Shown here in pieces: positions 42,982-52,120 of a DNA stretch of 64,000 nucleotides. The DNA is taken from NCBI GenBank assembly GCA_040753015.1, contig JBFMHM010000002.1, forward strand, positions 193,126 to 257,125, given 5' to 3'. This stretch comes from Candidatus Omnitrophota bacterium. Its GTDB lineage: Bacteria > Omnitrophota > Gorgyraeia > Gygaellales > JBFMHM01. Positions within the stretch are counted from its first letter, which is position 1. The number at the start of each line of letters is the position of its first letter. The notes below the pieces were generated by a model. That model had not been told where the DNA came from and did no database searches. It saw only the letters and a list, made by a program, of their open reading frames with translations. Both the position numbers and the translations under genes were made by a program.

Positions 42982-44421
42982 TTATGCCTCTGGACGCAAA
43001 AGCGGAAACAATATAACCTCTCTTATCGACGGCTGATTAGTCAATATCATAACTAATCTGTCGATTCCAATCCCGAGCCCGCCTGCAGGCGGCATACCAT
43101 ATTCTAACGCCTCAATAAAATCTTCATCAACATTACGATCATTATGTTCGTTATCTTCCTTTAACTCTGCTAAAAATCTTTCTTTTTGTTCAATGGGATT
43201 ATTAAGTTCTGAATAAGCATTAGCAATTTCAATTCCTCCCATAAATAATTCAAAACGTTCGCTTATATTAGGATTATCTTTTTTAGCCATAGCTAGAGGA
43301 CACAAAAAAGTGAAATAATCTGTAAAAAATGTTGGAGAAAAAAAAGACTGGGTTTGCAAATGATCTTCGACAATTTTCATTATCTGTGTCCTCGTTAGGC
43401 CTTTTTCCGCTCTACACTTTCCTTTAGCTCGTAGTTTATCCAACATAACACTTTCGGAATCATTAGCAAAAATTCTAAATTCTTCTTCAACAATCTTAGC
43501 AAAAGAAACCCGCTTCCACGGCCTAGTTAAATCAACCTCATGCCCCTGATATTCAAAAATAAGTTTTCCAAACACTTCATATGCCGCATGAGTTATTAAT
43601 TCTTCACATAACTCCATCATATCATCACAATTGTTATATGCGGCATAAACCTCGAGCATTGTAAATTCTGGGTTATGCCTTGTTGAAACCCCTTCATTTC
43701 TAAAACTTCTGTTTATCTCATAAATTTTTTCAAAACCACCAACCAAAAGTTTTTTAAGATAAAGCTCTGGTGCAATCCTTAAAAATAAATTAATATCGTA
43801 TTCGTTATGGTGTGTCGAAAACGGCCTGCCAGCTGCGCCTCCTGCTATAGGATGAAGCATGGGAGTTTCAACCTCCATAAAATTTTCAGAATCTAAAAAA
43901 GAACGGATCTTAGAAACAATTTTTGTACGCCTTAAAAATACTTCTCTAACTTCGGGGCTTGAAATTAAATCAAGATGGCGCTTTCGAAAACGAGTTTCAA
44001 CATCTTTAAGGCCATGCCATTTCTCGGGAAGCGGTTTTAGTGATTTTGAAAGCAGCTTCAGATCTTCTACTTTTATAGTAATCTCCTGGGTGTGCGTTTT
44101 AAAAAGCTCTCCACTTGCGGTTATAATATCACCAATGTCAAAAAGTGAAAAAATATTAAATTTATCTTCGCCAACAATATCTTTTTTTATATAAAGCTGT
44201 AGCTTTGCGCTAGAATCTCTTAAGTCGGCAAAAAATACTTTTCCATGACCTCTTATACTCATAAGCCTGCCGGCAACGGTTAACTTTTTACCTTCACTAA
44301 AATTATTTATAGCTTCGCCTATGTCTAAGCGCAACAATGGCTTATCACCATAAGCAATTACTCCAAGCGATTCTAATTTTTCTAGCTTTTCCCTGCGTTC
44401 TTTTAATAAATCATTTTCCAT
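42982..44421 (-). CDS. lysS: Lysine--tRNA ligase (class II)
   Basis: LRIAPELYLK, FRNEG, HNPEF, GMPPAGGLGIGIDRL. Confidence 0.98.
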   Translation of the reverse strand: MENDLLKERREKLEKLESLGVIAYGDKPLLRLDIGEAINNFSEGKKLTVAGRLMSIRGHGKVFFADLRDSSAKLQLYIKKDIVGEDKFNIFSLFDIGDIITASGELFKTHTQEITIKVEDLKLLSKSLKPLPEKWHGLKDVETRFRKRHLDLISSPEVREVFLRRTKIVSKIRSFLDSENFMEVETPMLHPIAGGAAGRPFSTHHNEYDINLFLRIAPELYLKKLLVGGFEKIYEINRSFRNEGVSTRHNPEFTMLEVYAAYNNCDDMMELCEELITHAAYEVFGKLIFEYQGHEVDLTRPWKRVSFAKIVEEEFRIFANDSESVMLDKLRAKGKCRAEKGLTRTQIMKIVEDHLQTQSFFSPTFFTDYFTFLCPLAMAKKDNPNISERFELFMGGIEIANAYSELNNPIEQKERFLAELKEDNEHNDRNVDEDFIEALEYGMPPAGGLGIGIDRLVMILTNQPSIREVILFPLLRPEA

Positions 44422-44430
44422 AATTTATAA

Positions 44431-44459
44431 ATTATATAATATAAATAAATATAAGTCAA
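44431..44459 (-). promoter_or_regulatory. sigma70-type promoter of the lysS operon
   Basis: TTGACT-17 nt-TATAAT ending 9 nt before the ATG. Confidence 0.65.
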
Positions 44460-44466
44460 ATAAAAC

Positions 44467-44498
44467 AAAAGCTCTGGAAAATTAATCCCAGAGCTTTT
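44467..44498 (-). terminator. Intrinsic terminator after the MFS gene
   Basis: AAAAGCTCTGG...CCAGAGCTTTT inverted repeat; T-rich tail on both strands. Confidence 0.75.
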
Positions 44499-44525
44499 TA
44501 AAAAAATACTTTAAAAAAATTTTAC

Positions 44526-45989
44526 TTAGATCTCACCCCTGCGCCCTTCAAGCTGCCTTCGGATCTCTTCGGATTTTTGTCTTGTGAGCGGAACACGCAA
44601 AACAAAAATAATTGCAACAATAAGCCCTACGACTGGTAAAGATGCAAGTGTTGCGCGAATCCAAAATATAGTCTCTGGTAATTGTATCTGACGGCTCCAA
44701 GTAAAACCCGACCATGTTAATATAAGGCCGGAAATATAATAGCCAAACGAATTGCCTAATTTAAGAATATATGAAGCACAAGAGGTAAAAGATCCTTCTC
44801 TTCTTATTCCGGTATTAAGTTCGTCGTAATCAACTATATCGGCGCCGATAGAACTATGTAGCATCCATAAAGAAGCCGCAGCCATTCCCATCAAACCAGA
44901 CGAAATTGTCTGCAGCCATTGAATTGCCGGAGTATATAAAAACCAAGAACCGCCATAACCGCATATACCTATGGCACAAGCTGTAACCGCTGCCTCGCGT
45001 TTACCAATACGATGCGACAAAGCCGCCAAAAACGGAACACCTAATACACCACCAATCATAAAAGCTAACCCCATCCAAAACTGCCAATTATCCCCCATAA
45101 TCTTATTACCGCTGGATACATAAAAAACCGTTGTATAATAACCAAGCGAACCAACCATACTTGTCCCTAAGGTAAACGCACCTCCCATAACCATCATCTG
45201 ACGAAATGGCTTACACCTAAGAGTTTCGCCTAAACCACTCCAGATAGAAATCTTTTTAGTAATTTTTACTACTATTTTTTCGTAATAACGCTCTTTGACT
45301 CTAAAGAAAATAATTATAGCAAAGATTGCCATTACTATACCTAATATTGCTGTATACACTTGCATTCCTAAAAGAGTATTTTTTTGCCCTGTCTGCGGAA
45401 GAAGAAACCAAGCAAGGTTTGTAAACCGTAAAGCATAGAAATTACCTAATTCTGAAATCTTTTGAGCTATGCTACGATAAGACATTATAGAAGTGCGTTC
45501 TTCATAGCAAGGCGACATCTCCGCGCTTAAACTATAATAGGGCACAGTAAAAGCGCTGATTATCGGTATATAAACCAAATTTGACAATAACATATACCAA
45601 AATACAACGGTTACGCCAAGAAATTTCATCTCTGACCATGACGGTGATACCAAAAATAAAATGGGCAATAATAAACCGCTTGCAATGCCAGCTATTAGAA
45701 TAAAAGGCCGGCGGCGGCCATATTTAGAACGCAGATTATCAGATAACCAACCTACTAAAGGATCGACGATAGCATCATAAACTCTGATAATCGTAAGTGC
45801 TAACCCAACTAACCACGGTTGAACACCTAAATATAAATTAAAAACTGCAAATGCAACGGATGGATATAACCAAAGGCCCCACATATCAACTGCCGTACCG
45901 AGACTATAAGCTATTTTTGTAGGCCGCGGAAGGTGATCGCGAGGAGGACATATATTTTTCTTTTCATTCGTAGCGCTATCTTCTACCAT
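44526..45989 (-). CDS. MFS glycoside-pentoside-hexuronide (MelB-like) transporter
   Basis: DAIVDPLVGWLSD, GRRRPF, ADIVDYDE..TGIRREG. Confidence 0.9.
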   Translation of the reverse strand: MVEDSATNEKKNICPPRDHLPRPTKIAYSLGTAVDMWGLWLYPSVAFAVFNLYLGVQPWLVGLALTIIRVYDAIVDPLVGWLSDNLRSKYGRRRPFILIAGIASGLLLPILFLVSPSWSEMKFLGVTVVFWYMLLSNLVYIPIISAFTVPYYSLSAEMSPCYEERTSIMSYRSIAQKISELGNFYALRFTNLAWFLLPQTGQKNTLLGMQVYTAILGIVMAIFAIIIFFRVKERYYEKIVVKITKKISIWSGLGETLRCKPFRQMMVMGGAFTLGTSMVGSLGYYTTVFYVSSGNKIMGDNWQFWMGLAFMIGGVLGVPFLAALSHRIGKREAAVTACAIGICGYGGSWFLYTPAIQWLQTISSGLMGMAAASLWMLHSSIGADIVDYDELNTGIRREGSFTSCASYILKLGNSFGYYISGLILTWSGFTWSRQIQLPETIFWIRATLASLPVVGLIVAIIFVLRVPLTRQKSEEIRRQLEGRRGEI

Positions 45990-46017
45990 TTTTTATTCTC
46001 CTCCCTCTTCTTTTGAA

Positions 46018-47013
46018 TTATTTTTTACGAAGGCCATGATATCTCTTGCCAGTATAGCATGCCTCAATAAGCCGCTCTAATGTTGTAGTAACAACACATT
46101 GGACTGTATCGGCACCGCCGTAATAAAGCTTAACTTCGCCGTTATTTTCAACCACAGCCCCGCAAGTAAACACAACACTTGGAGTTTGGCCCACCAGTTC
46201 ATATTGCTCTTCGGGAATCAAAATTGCTTCTTCAGCCATAGCCTTAACTTTCGCCGGGTCATTCAAATCTAGGAGACAAACACCTAATTGATAAACATAA
46301 TGCGCGCTGCATTGAGTACGCACACCATGAAAAATAGTAAGCCATCCTTCGGGTGTTCTTATAGGAACTGCCCCGGGGCCAACTTTTGTCCAGGCCCAAC
46401 GAATACCTTCCCAATTCCTAAATACGCATTCACTTTTTCCCCAGAACAATAAATCCGGAGAATAAGATATCCATACATCTCCATTACCTGCGCCTGTATT
46501 TGGCCTGTCTAAACGTGCATATAAACCATTGACTTTTTCCGGGAAAAGTACTCCGTTGCGATTATCTGGCTCCGATATAAAACCAAGCCATTCGAATTTC
46601 TTAAAATCATCTAATATTTTAACAAGGCTCAAACGGCAAGTATGGCCTGAATGTGCGGCATGAATCATATAGTAATCATTACCAATTTTTGTTACACGTG
46701 GATCATAAATCATAGATTCAGCGTATTTCCTGAATTTCGGATCTTCGTAAGGCATATCTACCGGTTTCGTCCATGGTTTAAAACTATAACCGTCTTTACT
46801 TTCAGCAATCCAAAAACGATTAAACAAAGCAGAGTTCTCAACCCGGCAAACCATTATATATTTATCGTTATGTTTAACAATGCCCGAATTAAAAACAGTT
46901 TTAATGTCATAATCGGTTGGAAAGTCTTTCCCGGTTAAAATAGGATTATTTTTATATCGTTCACATATAGGATATTTATTTGTTGTTACGCTCGTTTTTG
47001 CTTGTACTTCCAC
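46018..47013 (-). CDS. GH130 family beta-mannoside phosphorylase/hydrolase
   Basis: NPIL, VFNSG, YDPRV, NRNGVLFPEK, LDRP, VVFTCGA, YYGGADT. Confidence 0.9.
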   Translation of the reverse strand: MEVQAKTSVTTNKYPICERYKNNPILTGKDFPTDYDIKTVFNSGIVKHNDKYIMVCRVENSALFNRFWIAESKDGYSFKPWTKPVDMPYEDPKFRKYAESMIYDPRVTKIGNDYYMIHAAHSGHTCRLSLVKILDDFKKFEWLGFISEPDNRNGVLFPEKVNGLYARLDRPNTGAGNGDVWISYSPDLLFWGKSECVFRNWEGIRWAWTKVGPGAVPIRTPEGWLTIFHGVRTQCSAHYVYQLGVCLLDLNDPAKVKAMAEEAILIPEEQYELVGQTPSVVFTCGAVVENNGEVKLYYGGADTVQCVVTTTLERLIEACYTGKRYHGLRKK

Positions 47014-47096
47014 GCTTGATCTCCTCTCTTTAACTCTTTCTAAATTATTAGATAATTAATATTTTATTATTTTCAATAATACAAATAATAATCGTC

Positions 47097-47125
47097 AATA
47101 TATCATAGTATTTTTCTTATTGCAA
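47097..47125 (-). promoter_or_regulatory. Probable promoter of the GH130-MFS pair
   Basis: TTGCAA-17 nt-TATATT with extended -10 TG; AGGAG SD before the GTG start. Confidence 0.5.
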
Positions 47126-47162
47126 TACATTTTTCCAATAAAATCAATAAAATCAAATAAAA

Positions 47163-47984
47163 CTAAATGGCCATTACCGATTTTCTCAAAATTACCTTAC
47201 TATCCCTTAACAATAGCTTGATTGATTTTTTATTTTTTTCTTTTATGATCTTTACGAGATTCTCAACCCCGCGCCTACCTATATCATAAAGCGGCTGCCT
47301 AACCGTACTCAATGATATATTATCACTTGAAGCTATGGGTATATCATCAAAGCCAATTATTGATAAATCCTCTGGAATTCTTAAACCTTGCCTTTTAACT
47401 TCTTCTATAACGCCTAAAGCCATTTCATCCCCGCTAACAAAAATTGCTGTCGGAATTTTATCATATTTCTTCAATTTCTTAAATGCTCTTACACCGCTTT
47501 CTTTTGTCCAGTCGCCCGCTATTATATATCTTTTATTAATCTTAAGTTTATTTTTTCTTAATCCCTCAAGATAACCGTCTAATCTATCTTTGCCTATCTT
47601 TGCCTCAAGCTTACCGGTAACTATAGCAATATCTTTATGACCCATATTTGCTAATTTATCAATAAGCTTGACTACAGCGCCTTTATTATCTATGCCAATA
47701 CAATTATGCGGTGATTTTGAATCAAAATATTCTAAAATAATATAAGGAATTTTTAATCTTTTTGCCTTAGAAATTAAATTTTCGTTTTCGAACAAGTCTG
47801 CAAACAATACGCCATCCACTGCTTTATAATTAAATTCACTGCCTTTTTTTGAAATGTGAATCAGTAAATCCACACCTTTTTTAAAAGCCGCATCTTTGGC
47901 TCCCCTAATTTTTTCCATCGCAGAGAAGGTGCCAAACATATCTTTATAGTGATGTATTACTAAACCAATAGTATTTCTTCTCAT
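47163..47984 (-). CDS. LacI-family effector-binding domain lacking the HTH
   Basis: Starts RNTIGLVI; RLDGY, PTAIF...DEMALG, IPEDLSIIGFDD, LSTVRQP; GGAGG SD and ATGA overlap with the upstream gene. Confidence 0.85.
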   Translation of the reverse strand: MRRNTIGLVIHHYKDMFGTFSAMEKIRGAKDAAFKKGVDLLIHISKKGSEFNYKAVDGVLFADLFENENLISKAKRLKIPYIILEYFDSKSPHNCIGIDNKGAVVKLIDKLANMGHKDIAIVTGKLEAKIGKDRLDGYLEGLRKNKLKINKRYIIAGDWTKESGVRAFKKLKKYDKIPTAIFVSGDEMALGVIEEVKRQGLRIPEDLSIIGFDDIPIASSDNISLSTVRQPLYDIGRRGVENLVKIIKEKNKKSIKLLLRDSKVILRKSVMAI

Positions 47985-49129
47985 TTTATCCTCCCAATAA
48001 AACTACCCAGCCCCGAACCAACGCCTAAGAAAATAACCTTACCGCTCTTAATCCTGTCATCAAAATAAACATTACTAAGGCCGGCAGCAACACCATCATT
48101 TATAACAACCGGTTCTAAATCTACTAAGTTATGCCTGCAAAGCACTTTTTTAAGCTCTGCCTTAAATTGAAAATTATCGCTTAATTTAAAAAATGGCAAG
48201 TAATGCGCCGATCCTATTATACCTCCGTCTTTATCAACCTCGCCAGGGATAGACAATCCGATAAATTTAGAATAAGCTAATTTTTGAGCAGTAATTATTT
48301 TTACATTTTCTACTATTAGTTCGACAATTTTTTCTAATATCTGGCTTCTAATTTTTAAGCCAAGCGCTGCCTCTCTTTTTGAATATTTTTTCTTCGAATC
48401 TACAAATATTTTTAAATTATGCCCGCCGGGAGTCTTATTAACGATAATTGAATGCCATAGCGTTTTTAATTTACCAAGAATTTTTCTTTTTTTTGTATCA
48501 ATAACAATAAATCCTGCGCCTATTTTATCGCGCCCTAAATCAACGCCTATAACCGCTTGTATATTATTGGATTTTTCTTTAAAAACTCGCGGCAGTAAAT
48601 TTACAACCGCCCCTAGGAAACCAGATTCTTTACCGGGAAATTTTGCCTGAAAAATCTTAATATTATTCAGGCCATTTTTATTCAGGTTTTTTTTAATCGC
48701 AGAAATTAAAATCTTACCTGTATAATCTTTCGATACGCCTCCGCCAATAACTACCTTATCAATATTGCTCCAGCAATTCTTATCCTTCCTATTCCAATTC
48801 TTATAACCAAGGCCTTTGTCTAAAACAAATATACCTTCCGCCCCATTTTTTCCTAGCATAGCCAAAACATGCTTTGCAAATTTTATTTTTAAAGGGTTGC
48901 TGCTTAATAACGCCTTAGTTACAGCCATACCTCTAATTCTATTATTCTCAGAATAATCAGAAAAAATACCCTTTTTATTCTTTTTTCTATATTCAAACTC
49001 AAAATCATTTATAATTTTTTCTAAAGCCCCACCGCTAAATAATGCTTCAAAAGTTAACTCTGGATTATCTTTATCTATACCTTTAACATCCCAAACCTGC
49101 TTATTGCTTAAAATTTCAATCCGTTTCAT
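47981..49129 (-). CDS. Circularly permuted ROK-family protein
   Basis: ROK C-terminal motifs (VVIGGGVS, SGFLGA) come before the N-terminal motifs (IGVDLG, IGLSIPG.VD, INDGVAAG, LGVGSGLG). Confidence 0.75.
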   Translation of the reverse strand: MKRIEILSNKQVWDVKGIDKDNPELTFEALFSGGALEKIINDFEFEYRKKNKKGIFSDYSENNRIRGMAVTKALLSSNPLKIKFAKHVLAMLGKNGAEGIFVLDKGLGYKNWNRKDKNCWSNIDKVVIGGGVSKDYTGKILISAIKKNLNKNGLNNIKIFQAKFPGKESGFLGAVVNLLPRVFKEKSNNIQAVIGVDLGRDKIGAGFIVIDTKKRKILGKLKTLWHSIIVNKTPGGHNLKIFVDSKKKYSKREAALGLKIRSQILEKIVELIVENVKIITAQKLAYSKFIGLSIPGEVDKDGGIIGSAHYLPFFKLSDNFQFKAELKKVLCRHNLVDLEPVVINDGVAAGLSNVYFDDRIKSGKVIFLGVGSGLGSFIGRIK

Positions 49130-49784
49130 TATCTTTCATTATATTTTTAATATTTTTAAGGTTGCCAAAAATAATCAAAATATCACCACTTCTAATTGTA
49201 TCTTCTGCATGCGGCACAGTTATAATCTGATAATCTCTTCTAATTGCAAGAACAATAAAACCTTTATGCTTAAAATCTGTTTCATTCAAATGTTTATCTC
49301 TGAATAATGAATTGCCATCGACTAAAATTTCACAAACACCGAACTCCTTATTTAAAGCAAAAACTTCTTCTAATCCTATCTTACGGATATTAGTACGCCT
49401 TAATTGATTCTCGACAATGCTATGTACGATATTCATAAATCTCCTGCTTCGCGTAAAAACCAACAGCAATAATACTATAATAATAACCGCTGTTAAATGA
49501 AAAATTATAACATGCTCCCTAACAGAAATCATAAGCATACTAATAAGTGTTAAAAAACCTACTGGCCCTAGTATCATAAGCACCATTATAATTTTTCTTC
49601 TTTTCGGATGGGATACAACTGACTCTGCTTCTTGTGATGTAAAACCAGTCCCTGTTAGAGCAGAAAGCGCTTGAAATCTTGCAATTTCAATATTTAATCC
49701 GGTTAATTTCAGTGCGATTGCCGCAATCTCAACAAACAAAGCAAATAGAATTATAGTCAGGACACTTATAACTAAACCAATCAT
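49116..49784 (-). CDS. Membrane protein with a channel pore-loop-like segment and TrkA-C (RCK_C) domain
   Basis: FQALSALTGTGFTSQEAE, TM helices, C-terminal VLAIRR...P..EDTIRSGDILIIFG. Confidence 0.8.
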   Translation of the reverse strand: MIGLVISVLTIILFALFVEIAAIALKLTGLNIEIARFQALSALTGTGFTSQEAESVVSHPKRRKIIMVLMILGPVGFLTLISMLMISVREHVIIFHLTAVIIIVLLLLVFTRSRRFMNIVHSIVENQLRRTNIRKIGLEEVFALNKEFGVCEILVDGNSLFRDKHLNETDFKHKGFIVLAIRRDYQIITVPHAEDTIRSGDILIIFGNLKNIKNIMKDNETD

Positions 49785-50986
49785 TTTTCACTCCTTGCCT
49801 TATTTACTTCTACTAAAAAATTATCAAGCCGCTCTTGAGACACAATGCCTAAATCAACAATCACTTCACCTAAAAGCCTACCGGTTGCCCAATGCTTAAC
49901 CAAAGCCGCATTGAGAGACGTCTCATCAATTAACTTCGCATCCAATAATCTTTGCCCTAATGGCTTAGTTCTTTTTAATAATAAGCCTTTAACAAAATCT
50001 GATTCTGCTTCTACCCGTTTAGCCAATATATCATTATTCTCATTCAAATGCTCTTCATGCCTCCTATTAATAAGCATATTGCTCCCTTTTAATGTTTTTA
50101 GATACTTCTTAATCTCGAAAGCAATCTCTGTAAGTTCTAAAAAATTTGCAATCTGTTTTCTCTTATTATTAACTATCGCAATTGAAATAGACATTAGCGG
50201 TATTTTTTTAACTTCTCCCGACCTATCTTTTACAATGATAAAACCTTCTCTGCGATCTTTTGGCGCATAATGAAAAGGTATCAATCTATCAAATTCTTCT
50301 ATCACATATTTAGCAATCATCTTTTCATTATCCGGGTTAACTATAGCGACAAAATCATCTCCACCGATATGCCCAACAAAATCATTTTTCGACCCGAGTT
50401 TTTTTACAGCCATTGAAATTATGCGCGCTGTCTGCATAATCACGCTATCACCATACACATAGCCATATTTGTCATTAAAAGATTTAAAGTTATCAATATC
50501 TATATAAAAAAATGAGAAGAGCTGATTACTTTGAATTCTAATACTTACATTTTTTTCAACAGCCGGGCTTCCTGGCAACCGAGTTAAAGAATTTGCGAAA
50601 AATTGATAATCACCGCTTCTCTTGGCAAGCTCAATCCTTAATTCAAGATCTATAGGATCTGGCGGCTTGATTAGATAATCATCTACCCCTTGTTCAATCT
50701 CGAGCATTTTTTTTCGAGCCTGCTTCTTATCGATAAGCATAATTATCGGAATATGAGCAGTTAAAAAATCTTCTTTAAGGGTTTTACTTAGATTGAAACC
50801 ATCCATATCTTCTAATGTGTCATCTACGATTATTGCGTAAGGATGGCAAATAGTTAGCTCATTAAACGCCTCTTTGCCATTCTTGACTAACACTATTTCA
50901 TACCCCCAGCTTTTGATAGTTGCCTGGAGCGGCTGGATTAAATCCTTATCATTTAAGGCTAAAAGTATCCTCTTGTTATCTTTCAT
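49781..50986 (-). CDS. Receiver-GGDEF diguanylate cyclase with a C-terminal MshEN-like domain
   Basis: REC (IIVDD, DYLIKP), DIDNFKSFNDKYG, HIGGDDF, tandem PLGQRLL/LLGEVIV motifs. Confidence 0.82.
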   Translation of the reverse strand: MKDNKRILLALNDKDLIQPLQATIKSWGYEIVLVKNGKEAFNELTICHPYAIIVDDTLEDMDGFNLSKTLKEDFLTAHIPIIMLIDKKQARKKMLEIEQGVDDYLIKPPDPIDLELRIELAKRSGDYQFFANSLTRLPGSPAVEKNVSIRIQSNQLFSFFYIDIDNFKSFNDKYGYVYGDSVIMQTARIISMAVKKLGSKNDFVGHIGGDDFVAIVNPDNEKMIAKYVIEEFDRLIPFHYAPKDRREGFIIVKDRSGEVKKIPLMSISIAIVNNKRKQIANFLELTEIAFEIKKYLKTLKGSNMLINRRHEEHLNENNDILAKRVEAESDFVKGLLLKRTKPLGQRLLDAKLIDETSLNAALVKHWATGRLLGEVIVDLGIVSQERLDNFLVEVNKARSEK

Positions 50987-52112
50987 TAAATATTTCCTGC
51001 GTTTGGCTCTTTACAACCCTTGCGATAGCAATACTTGCTGTAAGCCCCGGAGATTCAATGCCTATTAAATTAATAAAACCATCTAACCCTCTATCCTTTT
51101 CATGCTTAATTATAAAATCACGAAAACCGTCATCCGGCCCCTGTAACTTTGGGCGAATACCACTGGTATCCTCTGTCAAATCACTATCTGAAATAAACGG
51201 CAGTAGATCATGGATTGACTCATAAAATAATTTCTTTTTTCTTAAGTTTAAAGAATAATCTAAAATATTCCCAGAAATATATTCTGCGTCCGGGCCAAGG
51301 CGCACTGAACCAGCTAAATCAGGTGTTGCATGTATACCAAGATCTCTTCCTTTTATATCAGGGACAGGATAGATAAGACGGTTAATCATCCTTGATTTTT
51401 GGCTAGATAACCTAAAGTATTGCCCTTTGCAAAACTTTAATTTATATGACTCTTCTCTAATCCCGGCCATCTCAGAAATTTTATCTGAATAAAGGCCGGA
51501 ACTATTAATAACCATTCTTGTTGATATTTTAATTTTTTCTTTATCGCTGTCATTTATCTCTAATACAAAATTATTTTTTTCTCTATTAATAGAGGTTACT
51601 TGTGCATTATAGACAAACTGTACTGAATTATATTTTGCTTTTGTCTCAAGATGCTTCATCAATGAATGCGTATCAACAATTCCCGTTGAACCAGAATATA
51701 TAGCAACATCGGCTTTCAGATTAGGTTCTAATTTAATAATTTCATTTTTATCAATAAGCTTAATATCCTCGACCCCGCAAGATAATGCATGCTTAAATAA
51801 CTTCTCAAGCCTCTCAATTTCGTTGCCATCCTTTGCGGCAATCAACTTTCCAATGCGCTTATGTGCTATCCCTCCTTCCCTACATAATTCATAAATAAGC
51901 TTATTACCCTCTAAACATGTAACAGATTTTAAACTGCCCTTAGGATAGTATATACCTGCATGAATTACTTCGCTATTTCTTGAGCTGGTTTCCTGCCCAA
52001 AAGAATTGTTCTTTTCAACTACATAGATATCTTTATTATGAGAAGAGATTTCATAAGCTATAGCCAAGCCAATAACACCTGCGCCAACAATTACTATATC
52101 TACATTCTCCAT
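50976..52112 (-). CDS. FAD-dependent oxidoreductase, L-2-hydroxyglutarate oxidase family
   Basis: GAGVIG, TSSRNSEVIHAGIYY, GIRPK, GIESPGLTAS. Confidence 0.88.
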   Translation of the reverse strand: MENVDIVIVGAGVIGLAIAYEISSHNKDIYVVEKNNSFGQETSSRNSEVIHAGIYYPKGSLKSVTCLEGNKLIYELCREGGIAHKRIGKLIAAKDGNEIERLEKLFKHALSCGVEDIKLIDKNEIIKLEPNLKADVAIYSGSTGIVDTHSLMKHLETKAKYNSVQFVYNAQVTSINREKNNFVLEINDSDKEKIKISTRMVINSSGLYSDKISEMAGIREESYKLKFCKGQYFRLSSQKSRMINRLIYPVPDIKGRDLGIHATPDLAGSVRLGPDAEYISGNILDYSLNLRKKKLFYESIHDLLPFISDSDLTEDTSGIRPKLQGPDDGFRDFIIKHEKDRGLDGFINLIGIESPGLTASIAIARVVKSQTQEIFNER

Positions 52113-52120
52113 TATAAAAA

